Source of the DNA: Macrostomum lignano
Taxonomy: Eukaryota
Length of the DNA stretch: 64,000 nucleotides
Direction of reading: 5' to 3'
Assembly: GCA_002269645.1 (NCBI GenBank)
Contig: NIVC01000146.1
Location: 62,001 to 126,000 of the forward strand
Positions 46,146 to 59,105 of this stretch are shown here, in pieces; position 1 is the first letter of the stretch; each line of letters opens with the position of its first letter. Both the position numbers and the translations under genes were made by a program. A model generated the notes under the pieces. That model was not told the DNA's origin and ran no database searches. It saw only the letters and a program-made list of their open reading frames with translations.

Positions 46146-48202
46146 TGCATCAGCATTTAAGCACCACACATTCTTAAACCCGAATCTGGTGGATTCAGAG
46201 CCTCCGAGGATGAGGATGAGCTAAGAAATGAACTTCAACTATACATTTATAAAATGATCGAATTGTAGCAATTATTCTCCTTTACTCCCGACTTACAGCT
46301 CCCATTTCTCCAGTATTAAAGAGATTTGCACGCTCATCATTGCATGTATATACTGAAGTCTAGTTTAATCAATTTTTACACTAAGAACTGTAAGTCGGTC
46401 AGGTAAAATACTAGGCCAGGTCCCGCTTTCGCCACTGCATGGCAGCTAGGCCATTCCGGACTTTTTAATCCTGCACTTTTTACATTTACCTCGGCTTATC
46501 GTCTTATCTCATCAGCATGTCCCATTTTTTGACGTGAAATCGAGCGCATTATGTATTAATGCGTCTGCCAGAGTCTGGGGAACGGCCAGACTTCTCTACA
46601 ATCAACTAATGCAGCTGGGATGAGCACTCGACTGCCGGTGGATTCTTGGGAATGGAATGGAGACGACTGGCCGGGCGTCAGACGGGGAGTGCTGTAGGCA
46701 GTTTAACTCGGGGCGGTGAGACCATGTGACCCACCTGCAGCTACAGATTGGCCAAACATGGTGTATTCTAACTGTAAAATTGTTTGTTCAGGGATTGCCG
46801 GCTCATCTACAAGCTTTTTAAGCAGCTGAACAAAATCTGGATTATTTTTTTCTTTGCTTTGGCGCCGACATTTTTTCTAATCTTGGCGAATCCTTATTTC
46901 AAGGCCAGCGGGCGTGTACAGGCACCCTTTGTGCGGCCATCAAACCACACAGGGTGTCAGATTTCTGCTCGGTCAATCGGGTTTCTTCTTAATGCGGCGC
47001 GCATATTGCAAGTGCCGGCCTGGCCAGACAAAAAGCGGCTCATACTCATGTAATTATGCGCGCCTCTCTCCGCCGGTGTTCTCAAATATCGCACGTCGAG
47101 GAGACTCTCGTCGTGGGATAATTATGGCAACGATTCCAAGATGTGACGTTTTTCCAGTTGTGTATATCAATCCAGTATGGATTGAGTCGAAATTTTACTG
47201 TGATTATTCTCGCGTTTCACGAAATGGCGGATTTCATTCACGGAAAAGTAAAGCTGCGTGGGCCGTCGCATGGTGTCTAGAGGGGTCGTCAAAGCACTGT
47301 AATACGAGTATATCCAATTCATCGTGTAGAAGAATAAAGTACACGTAAACACGTGTGTAAAGTACGTATAAAAGTAAAGCAAAGATGACCAAGATTGTAT
47401 CGGTCACCTAGCTATCTTAAACAGTGACAATTCTGTGACAAACCTGATCGATCTTGTCTGGCGTGCCGACCGATTAATAATTCACTTCAAAATCCTTTTC
47501 CAACTACAATAATGCTTTAAATTATAATAATTGTCGTAGATATATGGGATTACTGATTATAAAAAGTCACCATAAAATTTGTGGCAGACTACATATATGT
47601 AAATGGACAAGTAAATGTAATACACATATAAGTCGCCTTAAGCACATATCTACATGTAAGTTAGCCTGTGAAAATGCCTAAAGTGCAGATTGACTGATTT
47701 TACAGAAAGTTTTAATTATAAACTCAGAATCCGTCAGATACAAAAGCCATAATACATAATATACGAATTCATAACAATACTGCATGTACATGAAGTTTTA
47801 CATTCTTCATAGTTTCAAAAAGCTATCTAAAATCGTCCTTGACTGAAGTTCAATAAATTGTAATGAGTTGCTACAAACAACCAAAAATGAAGGCTCTTTA
47901 TACTTATTTAACTGAATAAAAACTATTAATGACTACTGAAGTGTCGAGCTTGCTTCAGAATCACAATGCAAGGAGAGTGGAAGTCGAATCAGCGATAATT
48001 GAAACGATGTGTGCGTCAGAAACGAATCATAAAAAATTTGAAAATTTCTCGCTTCCTTTGATTCTCCGAATTTTCCTTTTTAAGCATCGCATGCAGTAAC
48101 ATAAATAACAAACCTTGGTCGCTAGAGAATTGCTAAATAAACCTAAGTGCCTGAATTTCGCAAGTTCCAGACATTAAAAGCTGTGCTTTTACGCGTTTTC
48201 AA

Positions 48203-51200
48203 ATGCACTTATTACTCGTAACTTCTGACTTGTGTTCATTTCGTTCCAATGGCAAAACCACTCCGAGTCCTAGGGTCATTTGGGATACTACTTTAAGTTT
48301 TGTGTTTGCCATTATGTTAGGAATTAATCTTTTCATATTGCCAACACAGTGTAGTTCAGATTTTAGTAATGCCAATGATGAGCTGCAAGACATTTCAAAT
48401 GGCATGTCTCCATCATTTTTCCTAAGGAAAGAATATTCCTTGATGAAGCCATACCAAGGTAAGATTGTCTTTATAAAAGCACCCTCATATTTACTTCATT
48501 TAAACTTGCTAACATTTTCTTTTTGAGCCTCTATATATTGTTTATTTTTTAAGCTTTCACTTTTGTCTAATATATATTGATAAAAATAGAAACAAAAAAT
48601 ACCTATATAATAAATAGGATTGGTCACACTTAATTGATTGCTCATAGCAATAGTTCTATATAACTATTTTTAAGTCAAATTTTTCTATCAAATATAGTTT
48701 CTTGACAGGAATTTTCATTTTAAGAAAGAATTTTTGAATTATATATATTGTAAGCATTGTAAGTATTATGATATTATATTATTGTTTATATAAATATTTT
48801 TATAATAGAATAGTCACTAAATCTATTATTTTTGGTTTTATTTTACAATTATCTATGACTATATGATCTATGCTTAGTAAACTGTTTTGTAGTGTTAAAA
48901 GGAAATAATTTATCATATAAAGTTTTCTTTTTGAACATTAGAATGATAATATTAATAATAATATCAAAATTTACTAGCACTTTGATATATCGAGCCTTAT
49001 AAGTGCTTAAACTATGATTTTGACTTTCAATTACTAATTGATTTAATTAAAATATAACTTTATTTTTCATTGATAAGTTTTTAAAAAAACTTGCTTTGGA
49101 TTTTAAGTATCCTATTGACTCCACTTATTGTTATTTGCATTTGTTTGATGCCCTATATATTTATGACATACTAGAATTGCCTGCAGAAGAATTGTTTGCC
49201 AAGATTTTCCCATAAAGCTTTTCTTACCAAGATTTGCCTACAGTGTATTTTGCCTATGAGCAAATTGCCTATTAAGATTTACCCTACCAAGAATTGCTTG
49301 CAGTGTAATTTGCTCACAAATGAATTGCCCTACCTACAAGCAAATTATCTGCTAGATTTTTTCCTGTCAAGGTTTGCCCACAATGCTTTTTTACTGCAAT
49401 GCATTTAGCCATATAGAAGCTAAGATTCTGTCTGAATTGCCTCCCCTAATGCTTAGTACTATATAAGTTTTAATAAAGAGATTTGGAGACAAAGCAATGC
49501 AACATATGCATAAATTAATACCTCACCAATGTACCTTTGCATGTACCCCTGAATACCCACAGGAAAAATATGAATTTGATTTGCAGTTACTATCAAAATG
49601 TTTTGATTGGGTAAATCTCTTTATTAAGACTTACTAAGCATTGGGAAGGCAAGGCAGACAAAATCTGCTGTGTGGCTATATGGTGCTGCAGGAAAAAGAA
49701 TTGCAGGCAAACCTTAGCAGGAAAAACTCAGTGGGCAATTCACTCACAGGCAAATTGCACTGCAGGTAAATCTTGGCGGGTAATTCTTATGGACCCCACT
49801 GTGACTTGTGTCAGTCCTAACTGTGATATAAATCGCTAGACTTTTCTTTCCATATTTCCTATATTTCCCATATCCTCAAAAGGTTCATGGAGTCTCTCTG
49901 GCAGTGCTGCGATCTCTGGCGACGACTTTGTCCAGCTGACAGCCGACAGGCAGTCACAGCGGGGTGCCATTGTCAGCCGTCTGCCCGTCCACATCCGACA
50001 CTGGGAGGTGCGTGTCCACTTCCGAGTCCACGGCCCTGCTGATGGTCACTGCGGCGACGGCTTTGCCTTCTGGTATGCAGATGCCAAGGGAATCCCAGGT
50101 GCGGGATTCCCCCGGGGATTCCCCGGGCCGCTGTTCGGTGGCCCCAACCGATTTCGCGGCCTGGCTGTTCTGCTTGACACCTACAGCAATGCGCACGGCC
50201 CTGAGCAAAGCCGTTTTCACCCCTACATATCGGCCATCGTCAACAACGGCAGTTTGGAATTTTCGCACGATGACGACGGCGAACAGAAGGAACCGGCCGG
50301 CTGCACAGTGAAGTAATGCTTCACTCTATTTTTTCTGTTTTTTACAAACTTCTCGCGCATGCGCTAGTAGCACTACTTATATGGCTTATATCAGTAGAGT
50401 CATTGGAATATTCAACAACCGATATCGACAAGTTTATTATGAATTTCTTATTGCAGTTTCCGAAATCGCCAGGGCGAGACGCACCTCGCCGTTCGCTACG
50501 TCGACGACGTTTTGACCGTCTACACTAAAGTTACCGACGATGAAGGCGACGGCTGGGGCGGCACCTCCGAGCCGGGCATCTGGCGGATTTGCTTTCGCGT
50601 CCGAGGCGTCCGCCTGCCAACTCACCTGATGTTCGGGCTGAGCGCTATGACGGGCGAACTGGTTGACAATCATGAAATTCTGGCGGCTAAGGTCTACGAA
50701 GTTGAGTCGGTGCGTTTAGTTGGTGACTCTGCTGGCTTGGAGGGAGCGGCGCCCTACTGAGGAGGGAGGCTCCCACTGTTGAGAAGGCGCCCCACTCTGA
50801 GGAGGCGCCCATTCTGATGAAGCGTCTTTCTCTGATGAGGCGCCCTTATCTGAGGAGTTGCCCTTATCTGAGGAGGCGCCCTTATCTGAGGAAGCGCCGT
50901 TATCTAATGAGGCACCCTTATTCGAAGAGGCACCCCACTCTGATGAGGCACCCTTATTCGAAGAGGCACCCCACTCTGATGAGGCGCCCTTAAGTGAGGA
51001 GGCGCTCTTGTCTGAGGAGGCGCCCCACTCTGAGAAGGCATCCAAACCCAGGTCACAGCCAATAATCAGGTGAATAATTTCTTTCCCACATCGCCAGACG
51101 CTGAATCCAGACGACTACAGCGGCACTCGCAGACAGATTGTGCCGGAAATCGACCCTCTCGCTAAGGAGAAAGGCGGTGAGTGTTCATCTGTGCATTCGC

Positions 51201-51578
51201 GCTACTTGCAGTAGCTTAGATGCCTCTAATTTTAGTTAATTAGATAGAAGTTAATCAATTCATGTCTTCACAGCATTGGTTAAAATAATTGTTTAGTCTA
51301 ATCTCTCTCTCTCTCTTCACCCTTCACTCAATTCTTTCTAGCTCACTTACAACACTCCCTCACCCTCCCTCACCCTCCCACTCTCTTCAGAACTCGGCGA
51401 CCCTCTGCACTCGGCGCGTCCCGGCTCACTCACCGATGCCCACTTAGCAGCCAGCGGCGGAGACAGCGGTGGCGTCCTCTCTGCCTTCTGGCTGGCCCTG
51501 CTAGCGGCTGCTGCCTGCGTGACTGGCCTGGCCTGGGCTCGATACCGAATTCTGAGGCAGCGGAGCCGCTTCTACTGA
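48203..51578 (+). CDS. LMAN2: VIP36/LMAN2-like L-type lectin cargo receptor; exons 48203 (or ATG 48314)-48458, 49883-50312, 50457-50709, 51098-51176, 51391-51578
   Basis: LRKEYSLMKPYQG|SWSLSG...VQLTADRQSQRG...WEVRVHFRVHG...GDGFAFWY...LDTYSN...HPYISAIVNNGSLEFSHDDDG...AGCTVNFRN...GVRLP...FGLSAMTGELVDNHEI, then a TM helix and the cytosolic tail RQRSRFY* (cf. KRFY of VIP36/VIPL). All four introns are GT-AG and phase-compatible. LMAN2 versus LMAN2L cannot be resolved. Confidence 0.92.
50750..51040. repeat. 18-bp minisatellite (TCTGAGGAGGCGCCC...) in LMAN2 intron 3
   Basis: Directly visible. Confidence 0.92.
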
Positions 51579-51896
51579 AGCCCCCTGAACCGCCAGTATC
51601 CGCCCCCTGAACCGCCAGTATCCGCCCCCTGAACCGCCAGTATCCGCCCCCTGAACCGCCAGCATCCGCCCCCTGAACCGCCAGTATCCGCCCCTGAACT
51701 GCTAGTATCCGCTCCCCTGATCTGCCAGTATCCGCCCCCCAATCCGCCAGTATCAGCCCCCCCCGATCCGCCAGTATCCGCCCCCGATCCGCCAGTATCC
51801 GCCCCTGATCCGCCAGTATCCGCCCCCATCCGCCAGTATCCGCCCCTGATCCGCCAGTATCCGCCCCCTGATCCGCCAGTATCCACCCCCTGATCC
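51579..51896. repeat. ~22-bp minisatellite (CCCCCTGAACCGCCAGTATCCG)n starting right after the LMAN2 stop
   Basis: Directly visible. Confidence 0.95.
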
Positions 51897-52461
51897 TATA
51901 GTATTGGCCACTACGAGTATTACCCCCTTTCGGATCTGCTTTTAGCCGCCCCTTGTAATTAACACTGACGGACTTTTTACTCTACAAAAAATCCTTTGTG
52001 TGCTACTGCCAGTAGTTGATGCATTTGCGAAACACTGCTTCTAATTACGATGAAAAAGCTAAACAACCGCTTTTCTGACTCTTCACGTATCTGTACGTGT
52101 TTTTACTGTCAAGCCTAATAAAGTAGGTACTGCGTGCATGTGAATGGTTGGCCGTAACTGTTGACTCAAATACGAGTATATTTTTTTGCATTTTTGTATT
52201 TCATTTCTTCCCTTCTGACTCGCTCTTACCACACAGAGTCTGGTGGTGCCGCTTTTTTATCACTGGTTTTGTATTCACGTCTGTGAATATCGGTGATGCG
52301 TGAAGGTGAAATAAAAGTTAAATAAATTTTACATTCAGCGCGAATCGACTGCCTCTTTTCTTTTGTCAACACCGTAAATTACTTATCTGGTACTTTTTAT
52401 TTAACTATTATGCTTTGTTAATCTGAGTTATAATATTTGCATCCTTTTTAATTGTTAGTTT

Positions 52462-52495
52462 CTATGTCTGTCTGCCTGTCTGCCAGCCTGTCTTA

Positions 52496-52569
<74 letters not shown>

Positions 52570-52577
52570 TAGTGTCC

Positions 52578-52645
<68 letters not shown>

Positions 52646-52692
52646 TAGTGTCCGTCTGTCTGTCTGTCTGTCTGTCTGTCTGTGTCTGTGGC
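52462..52692. repeat. (TGTC)n microsatellite
   Basis: Directly visible. Confidence 0.97.
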
Positions 52693-53382
52693 TGTGATCA
52701 CTCCTTATCTTGCCGATCTGTGGTTCCCTCGCTGCCTCACTTTTACCATTTGGCTTGCATTACAACGAGCGTATATAAAATCTACGGTTTCAAACGATGG
52801 ATATAAATTTGAAATCAGGTCTCAAATTTATCTCTGTTGTGCCGCTGTTCTTGAGTAATCTACTAATGTTGTTAAAAAACTCAAACGAATTCCGATCTGA
52901 CGACATCCTTAGTGTCTGGTCGCCCCTCCAGTTTGGATACAGTGGATTGAGCTGTTTAAGTGGCGCAGCTCTATTGTGTTATGTTTATAGAATAACAGGC
53001 ACAACAATTTGAGTAGAGGTTGGTTATTAGAGCAATAAATCACCTGCCTGACAAGCTCATCGCATTTCCCACGCTGGCCCGCAGCCTTCAGTCGGTTGCT
53101 ACTATAGTAATAAATAGATGCTTTTTCCCCAACGACAGATGGTAGTCAAGATCGAGGAAATTCCCGTGTCCCGAATCTGGGACTGCCGGACAGGGAGCTC
53201 GCATAGAGGGCACCTGGATTGGGAGCGGAAGACTAACTCGCAGTTCCAATTTCGCCATTTCACCATACTTCAGCGCACAGTCTGAATATGAGGAATGACA
53301 TAAATAGGTGATTCAAACCGCAGGTGATTCCAAAAACCTCTCGTCATCTGCAGCTGCAGCTCGTCAGATTGGAGGCGTTTTA

Positions 53383-53685
53383 TAAGCTCGAAACTTCACA
53401 AGCTCAAAACTTCACAAGCTCGAAACTTCACAAGCTCAAAACTTCACAAGCTCGAAAATTCACCAGCTCGAAAATTCACAAGTCCGAAACTTCACCAGCT
53501 CGAAAATTCACAAGCTCGAAACTTCACAAACTCAAAACTTCACAAGCTCAAAACTTCACAAGCTCGAAAATTCACCAGCTCGAAAATTCACAAGTCCGAA
53601 ACTTCACCAGCTCGAAAATTCACAAGCTCGAAACTTCTCAAGCTCGAAACTTCATAACATAACCTCGAAACTTCACAAGCTCGAT
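53383..53685. repeat. 16/17-bp minisatellite (AAGCTCGAAACTTCAC / AAGCTCGAAAATTCAC)n
   Basis: Directly visible; shares the ACAAGCTCGAAA core with the foldback arms at 4415-5253. Confidence 0.95.
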
Positions 53686-54129
53686 GGTGCGAAATTATGA
53701 AGTTATGAAGTAAAAAAGATGAAGCCCGGCCTTACATTTATCTGAGAATTGGGGGGGGGGGTAAGGGAAGAGTACTACTCCAGGTCCTAGTTCTGGGCCT
53801 CCTTGACTTCCCGCATCAAATTTCGGGAATCGTCCCGCGCCCCCAGTCCGATTCACTTATGGATTTGAGCTGGATGGTTCGAAATCTGTATTTCTTTGAC
53901 TACCAAGGTGCCCACTGCCTACCAATGCATTTTTATTGCTGTGGGGCGCGCCATGTCGGCTGGGGGCTCCACTTTTATTCAGAGGGCCTCATTTAGTTTT
54001 ATTTGTTGAGTCGGCGTCAGCCGTCAGGGTCAGGGACGCCAAAGCAATACTGCAAAAGGGCTCCGTGTACTCCTAGTACAGTACAGCACAGAGTACAGTA
54101 CAGTGTACTCCTAGAACAGAGTACTCTTA

Positions 54130-54500
54130 TACAAAATCGCCTATACCAGACAATCTCCCATAAAAAATCGCCCCTAGCAGAGAATCTCCCATAAAAATCG
54201 CCCTTGGCAGGAAATCTCCCATAAAAAATCGCCCTTGGCAGGAAATCTCCCATTAAAAATCGCCCTTAGCGGAGAATATCCTACGCATAATCGCCCTAGC
54301 AGAGAATCTCCCACAAAATCGCCTGAGAATCTCCTTAAAAATCGTCCCTGGCAGGGAATATCCCATTAAAAATCGCCCCTAGCAGAGAATCTCCCATTAA
54401 AAATCGGCCCTAGCAGAGAATCTCACATTAAAAATCGCCCCTAGCAGGGACTCTACTATAAAAAATCGCCCCTAGCACAGAATCTCCCCGCAAAGTCGCC
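54130..54500. repeat. ~31-bp minisatellite (CCCATAAAAAATCGCCCCTAGCAGAGAATCT)
   Basis: Directly visible. Confidence 0.93.
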
Positions 54501-55242
54501 CCGAGCCTCAACTATCGGAACATACATTTGTGTTTGTCTCTAGTTGTTGCTACTGTTAAAATTCAAAAGATAGAAGCTCTCAAACCTACTATTTGCTGTA
54601 AAAATCTTATCTAAACACGGGCACCGGGAATCTCCGTTCTACTCAACAAGTTCAATGCTTTGCCAGGACCCGAAAGACTCCAACCTGCATATCAGAGCAG
54701 CAGGGCGGCCCCGATAGCAGCTACTATATTCTATAATATGGGGGTCGGGGGTGAGAGCCCGCTTTGCTAATCAAGGTAGTCGATTGTTTGACCAGAGAGA
54801 TCGTAATAAAATTTACACTGGAATTATTCAGCTTATGAAAAAACTCAATATGAGTGTTTTTAGTTGCCATGCGCCGAACAGAGAGAGCTGAGTCAGCGCT
54901 CGGTGTGGGCACAGTGGGCCTGCGGGGCTTGTTATTGCGGCAAATTGGCATGCAACTCCTTGCCGTGGCCTGTCGCTGCTCTGTCTGGCAGCAGCCGTTT
55001 CTCTCCTTGGTTCGTCCTGAAGCAGAATGGCCTGCGTGGCTTATCTTAACGACTGCATCTGTTTGAGCAGTCTGCGGCTGTCTGCCTGGTCTTATCTGTG
55101 CACGATTGAATCCAGTTGTCACTTGTGTCTGCATTGATAGTAGTAGACTCATTTTATCCTGTTTCATTCTCAGCGTGTGAATTGGTTTTCGAGCACACGT
55201 ATAGCAAATCCTGACTTAATTAAAAGTTTCGGGTAGGCGCAT

Positions 55243-55832
55243 GTTCTAATGAAGGACTGGTGGATGAGTGGGGGTGGTGGCGCCTTATCTAATGAAGGAC
55301 TGGTGGGTGAGTGGGGGTGGTGGCGCCTTATCTAATGAAGGACTGGTGGGTGAGTGGGGGTGGTGGCGCCTTATCTAATGAAGGACTGGTGGGTGAGTGG
55401 GGGTGGTGGCGCCTTATCTAATGAAGTACTGATGGGTGAGTGGGGGCGCCTTATCTAATGAAGGACTGGTGGGTGAGTGGGGGCACCTTATCTAATGAAG
55501 GACTGATGGGTGAGTGGGGGGCGCCTTATCTAATGAAGGATTGGTGGGTGAGTGGGGGTGGTGGCGCCTTATCTAATGAAGGACTGGTGGGTGAGTGGGG
55601 GCACCTTATCTAATGAAGGACTGATGGGTGAGTGGGGGGTATCTAATGAAGGACTGGTGGGTGAGTGGGGGCGCCTTATCTAATGAAGGACTGATGGGTG
55701 AGTGGGGGCGCCTTATCTAATGAAGGACTGATGGGTGAGTGGGGGCGCCTTATCTAATGAAGGACTGATGGGTGAGTGGGGGCGCCTTATCTAATGAAGT
55801 ACTGGTGGGTGAGTGGGGGGGGGGTGGCGCCT
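55243..55832. repeat. 38/43-bp G-rich minisatellite (GGGTGAGTGGGGG[TGGTG]GCGCCTTATCTAATGAAGGACTGGT)
   Basis: Directly visible. Confidence 0.95.
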
Positions 55833-56861
55833 AATCTGGCTCGTAATGAACTTTAACCTAGTTTAAATCCAAGGCAGCGCACAACAGAAGGACAATAGTA
55901 AGAATAACGGGTATAATTCAAGTTTGTCGATTGTTGAAAATAGTTTTGATTTTAATAATCATCGACATAATTAATAATTTTTTCATCGTTTTATTGCATA
56001 GCCCCAGCCTCCAATAGTTTCTATGCTCTTTTAGAAAAATAATTTTCGGTCTTGTGAAGGCAGGTGTCTTTGGGCATTGTGAAATTTCGGTATTAAGAAA
56101 GCGATACCTCAACACATCGTACTCGTACAGCATTCAAGAACGCAGCACCCGGATGTGTGTTGGAAGCACACACACACACACGGACAGGCACACACACAGA
56201 ACTCTTTTTTCTTTTCGTCCTCGCTTAGACAAACTGATACGAATGGGTTGATAGCGGGTCGAGACAAGAATTTGACTATATTGATGCTCGGCCCCTCTCC
56301 CTACCCCCCCCCCCACAAGTCCGTATTAAACTCCGTCGTGGGAGCCGTCCAACCCACCCGGCCTCCTTTAAAAAACTTACGTAGCAGTCATAGTAGTAGC
56401 AGTAAGTATGGCTAAGTTGGCGGCTCCCACAACCGATGGAGGGGGGGGGGGTGGGTGGGGCCCAGCCGGAACAAAGACCCACTTTAAAAAGGTCTGAATG
56501 CGCTGGGGGTTCGCTTCAGGAACCGGATTGGTCGGCGGTGGGCCGGCAGGGCAACACACAGCGGGAGAGAGAATCCTGAAGCGAAGCAAAGCAGTTTTTT
56601 TCGCCAGAGGCCCCAACCTCCTCCCGCCAGAGCCTCAGCCGCTTTTGACAGGCTCTGTTGGAGAGAGAGAGAGAGATATAGTCTGGGAGCCAAGTTCATA
56701 TCACAGCGGTGTATTCGGAGGACAAACCCTCCCTCCAAAGCCCTAAGGCAGCCAACCTTGCACGCCATTGCGGCCATTGCAAATTCGTTGACAATTTTCC
56801 CCAGAAAACCGGGAGAAGAACGTCGGCGAATCCGACCGAATCGACGCAGGTTCCAGCAGCG

Positions 56862-58103
56862 ATGAAGCAGCCGCAGCATCAGGTGGGCGAAGACCCGATG
56901 CTGTCAGACGCGCTGGATCTGACGGTTCAGCAGCAGAACCGACCGCACTCCCAGCCTGTTCGACACACCGATCATCGGCCCGAACGCGCCGCCAGCGATC
57001 GTCCAGACGTTGTCGAGCGTCGATGTGCCGAGGCCCGCGGCATAGTCAGCGTCAAGTGGGACGTGACCCGCAAGAACAAGGAAAGCATCGTGATCGACGG
57101 CTACAAGATGACGGAGAGCCGATCAGGCAAGGACGGCCGGGTGTTCTGGCGCTGCAGCAAGCGGTTCTGTCCGGCCACGGCCATCAGCATCGGCAGGCGG
57201 CTGCTCTCCGTGCGCCGCGTCACGGCCTGCCGGTTCCACAGCCACCCGCCTGCCGGGCAGGACGAGTATTTCTCAGCTGACTACCAGGCGTCGGGGACCC
57301 CGACCGAAGTCGCAGTCAAATGGCCGCTGACGCCTCGGCAACTGGACGATGGCGGCGGCGGCGGCGACTCCCCGCTGAAGCGACCGCGGCATTCCAGCGT
57401 TGCAGACGAAGCCGAAGATGAGGAGCTGCAGCAGCAGACGGACGAGGCGGCGGACGAGGACGTTATCGTTGACAGCGACGGCGATGACGAGGAGGCCGCC
57501 CCGACATCCGGCAGCCTGTTGAATGTGGCCTCGGTCGACCCGCTGGACTCCCCGACTGCCGCCTTTCCGATACCGATGCCGCCGCCGCCACCGAGGCTGC
57601 CGCAGCAGCATCAGCCGTGCCATCCGAGTGTTCAGCAGCTCGCAGGCTTGAACATGTCTTCCGGCGGCGGCAGCGTGGCCGCGTTGAACAGCCCGGAGTT
57701 TCTCGCCATGCTGAGCGCCGCCATCGCCTCGGGGGTGGCCCCGCCGCACCAGCTGCAGCAGCAGCCGCCGCCATTGCGCGCTTACGCCGCCGACTTATCC
57801 GCCATGCCGCCGCCGCCGCCCCCTCCGCCGCTGCCGCAGCAGCCGCAGAATTTGATGACAAACCGCCTGGCCGCCTCCTGTCCGGCCGGCGTGGACAACG
57901 CGCAGCTGCTGCGCCACTTGCGCCGTCTGGAGGCGTACTTCCGGGCCGGCATCAACGGCATCAGCAATCTGATCGTGTGCAGCGGCGGCGGCGGCGGCAG
58001 CGGAGTCGAAGGCGCCGTCAACGACGAGGAGTTCTTGAAGCAGTTGTTCAACTACATGGACGGCCTGAGCCGGGTTCAGCGTCTGGCGGCGCAGCTCACG
58101 TGA
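56862..58103 (+). CDS. FLYWCH-type zinc-finger protein (single coding exon, about 413 aa)
   Basis: Uninterrupted GC-rich ORF. KESIVIDGYKMTESRSGKDGRVFWRCSKRFCPA...FHSHPP gives W-R-C-x4-C-x22-H-x-H, the FLYWCH/WRKY-GCM1-fold pattern. ATG 56862 follows a CGCAG acceptor. The upstream TTG/GTG extension in the ORF track is unsupported. Confidence 0.85.
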   Translation: MKQPQHQVGEDPMLSDALDLTVQQQNRPHSQPVRHTDHRPERAASDRPDVVERRCAEARGIVSVKWDVTRKNKESIVIDGYKMTESRSGKDGRVFWRCSKRFCPATAISIGRRLLSVRRVTACRFHSHPPAGQDEYFSADYQASGTPTEVAVKWPLTPRQLDDGGGGGDSPLKRPRHSSVADEAEDEELQQQTDEAADEDVIVDSDGDDEEAAPTSGSLLNVASVDPLDSPTAAFPIPMPPPPPRLPQQHQPCHPSVQQLAGLNMSSGGGSVAALNSPEFLAMLSAAIASGVAPPHQLQQQPPPLRAYAADLSAMPPPPPPPPLPQQPQNLMTNRLAASCPAGVDNAQLLRHLRRLEAYFRAGINGISNLIVCSGGGGGSGVEGAVNDEEFLKQLFNYMDGLSRVQRLAAQLT

Positions 58104-58667
58104 GGCGCACGCACAGATCCGGAACTACTGAATAAAACTAAAAGCAGCTAAGATTTCTTTTCTTCTCGAGCAGCTTGGCTTTTTCTATTTTTGGCAATAT
58201 TATTTTATTTTTTGTTCCGAACTTGCCCGGTACTCGAAATCTTCTTTTTTCATCCAGACAGCGCGCCAGTCAAGAGTGAAACCCCGTTGAGCTCAGCGTG
58301 GGAGATCTGTCCCCGCAGCTGCTTTTGTTGCAATTTAGCATCTATCTTCCTCATCACTAGGCACATTTGTTCCCTTCATTTCATTGTTAACAGCCTTCAA
58401 TTTCCGTGTTCGGTGCACCCGCGCTTCAATTCAATTTTTATGCACCAATGTTTTTGCGCCCCCCGAAAGACTTCCTCATTGTTGTGAAAAATATTTAGAC
58501 CATTGTTTGTTCAGTTATAGTCTAAATGGATTATAGCAGCTTCTCCAGTCTGCTTCAAATTGCCTGCACTTTTCTAGCCTCTGCCTTCCATCCCGAGCCC
58601 CTTCTGTAGGCTAGAATCCGCTGCAGTGTACTATTTGAAACAACTGAATCTTGGACACATTTCCTGT

Positions 58668-59105
58668 CTGAAGCACCTCACTCCCTTCCGCTAGAAACAC
58701 CTCACCCACTCCTGCCCCTCACCCTCTCCCGCCTGGAGCACCTCACCTTCTCCCGCCTGGAGCACCTCACCCTCTCCCGCCTGAAGCACCTCACCCTCTC
58801 CCGCCTGGAGCACCTCACCCTCTCCCGCCTGAAGCGCCTCACCCCTCTCCCGCCTGGAGCACTTCACCCTCTCCCGCCTGGAGCACCTCACCCTCTCCCG
58901 CCCGAAGCACCTCACCCTCTCCCGCCCGAAGCACCTCACCCTCTCCCGCCTGAAGTACCTCACCATCTCCCGCCTGAAGCACCTCACCCTCTCCCGCCCG
59001 AAGCACCTCACCCTCTCCCGCCTGAAGCACCTCACCCTCTCCCGCCTGAAGCACCTCACCCTCTCGCTAGAAAAACCTCACCCTCTCCTTCCTGAAGCAC
59101 CTCAT
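58668..59105. repeat. 24-bp minisatellite (CACCTCACCCTCTCCCGCCTGAAG)n
   Basis: Directly visible. Confidence 0.95.

Noticed and set aside
57023-58135. Alternative-frame and antisense ORFs over the FLYWCH gene, and likewise over the tomosyn and 12.4-13.4 kb exons
   Set aside because: These are shadow ORFs expected in GC-rich coding DNA; only one frame carries recognisable motifs.
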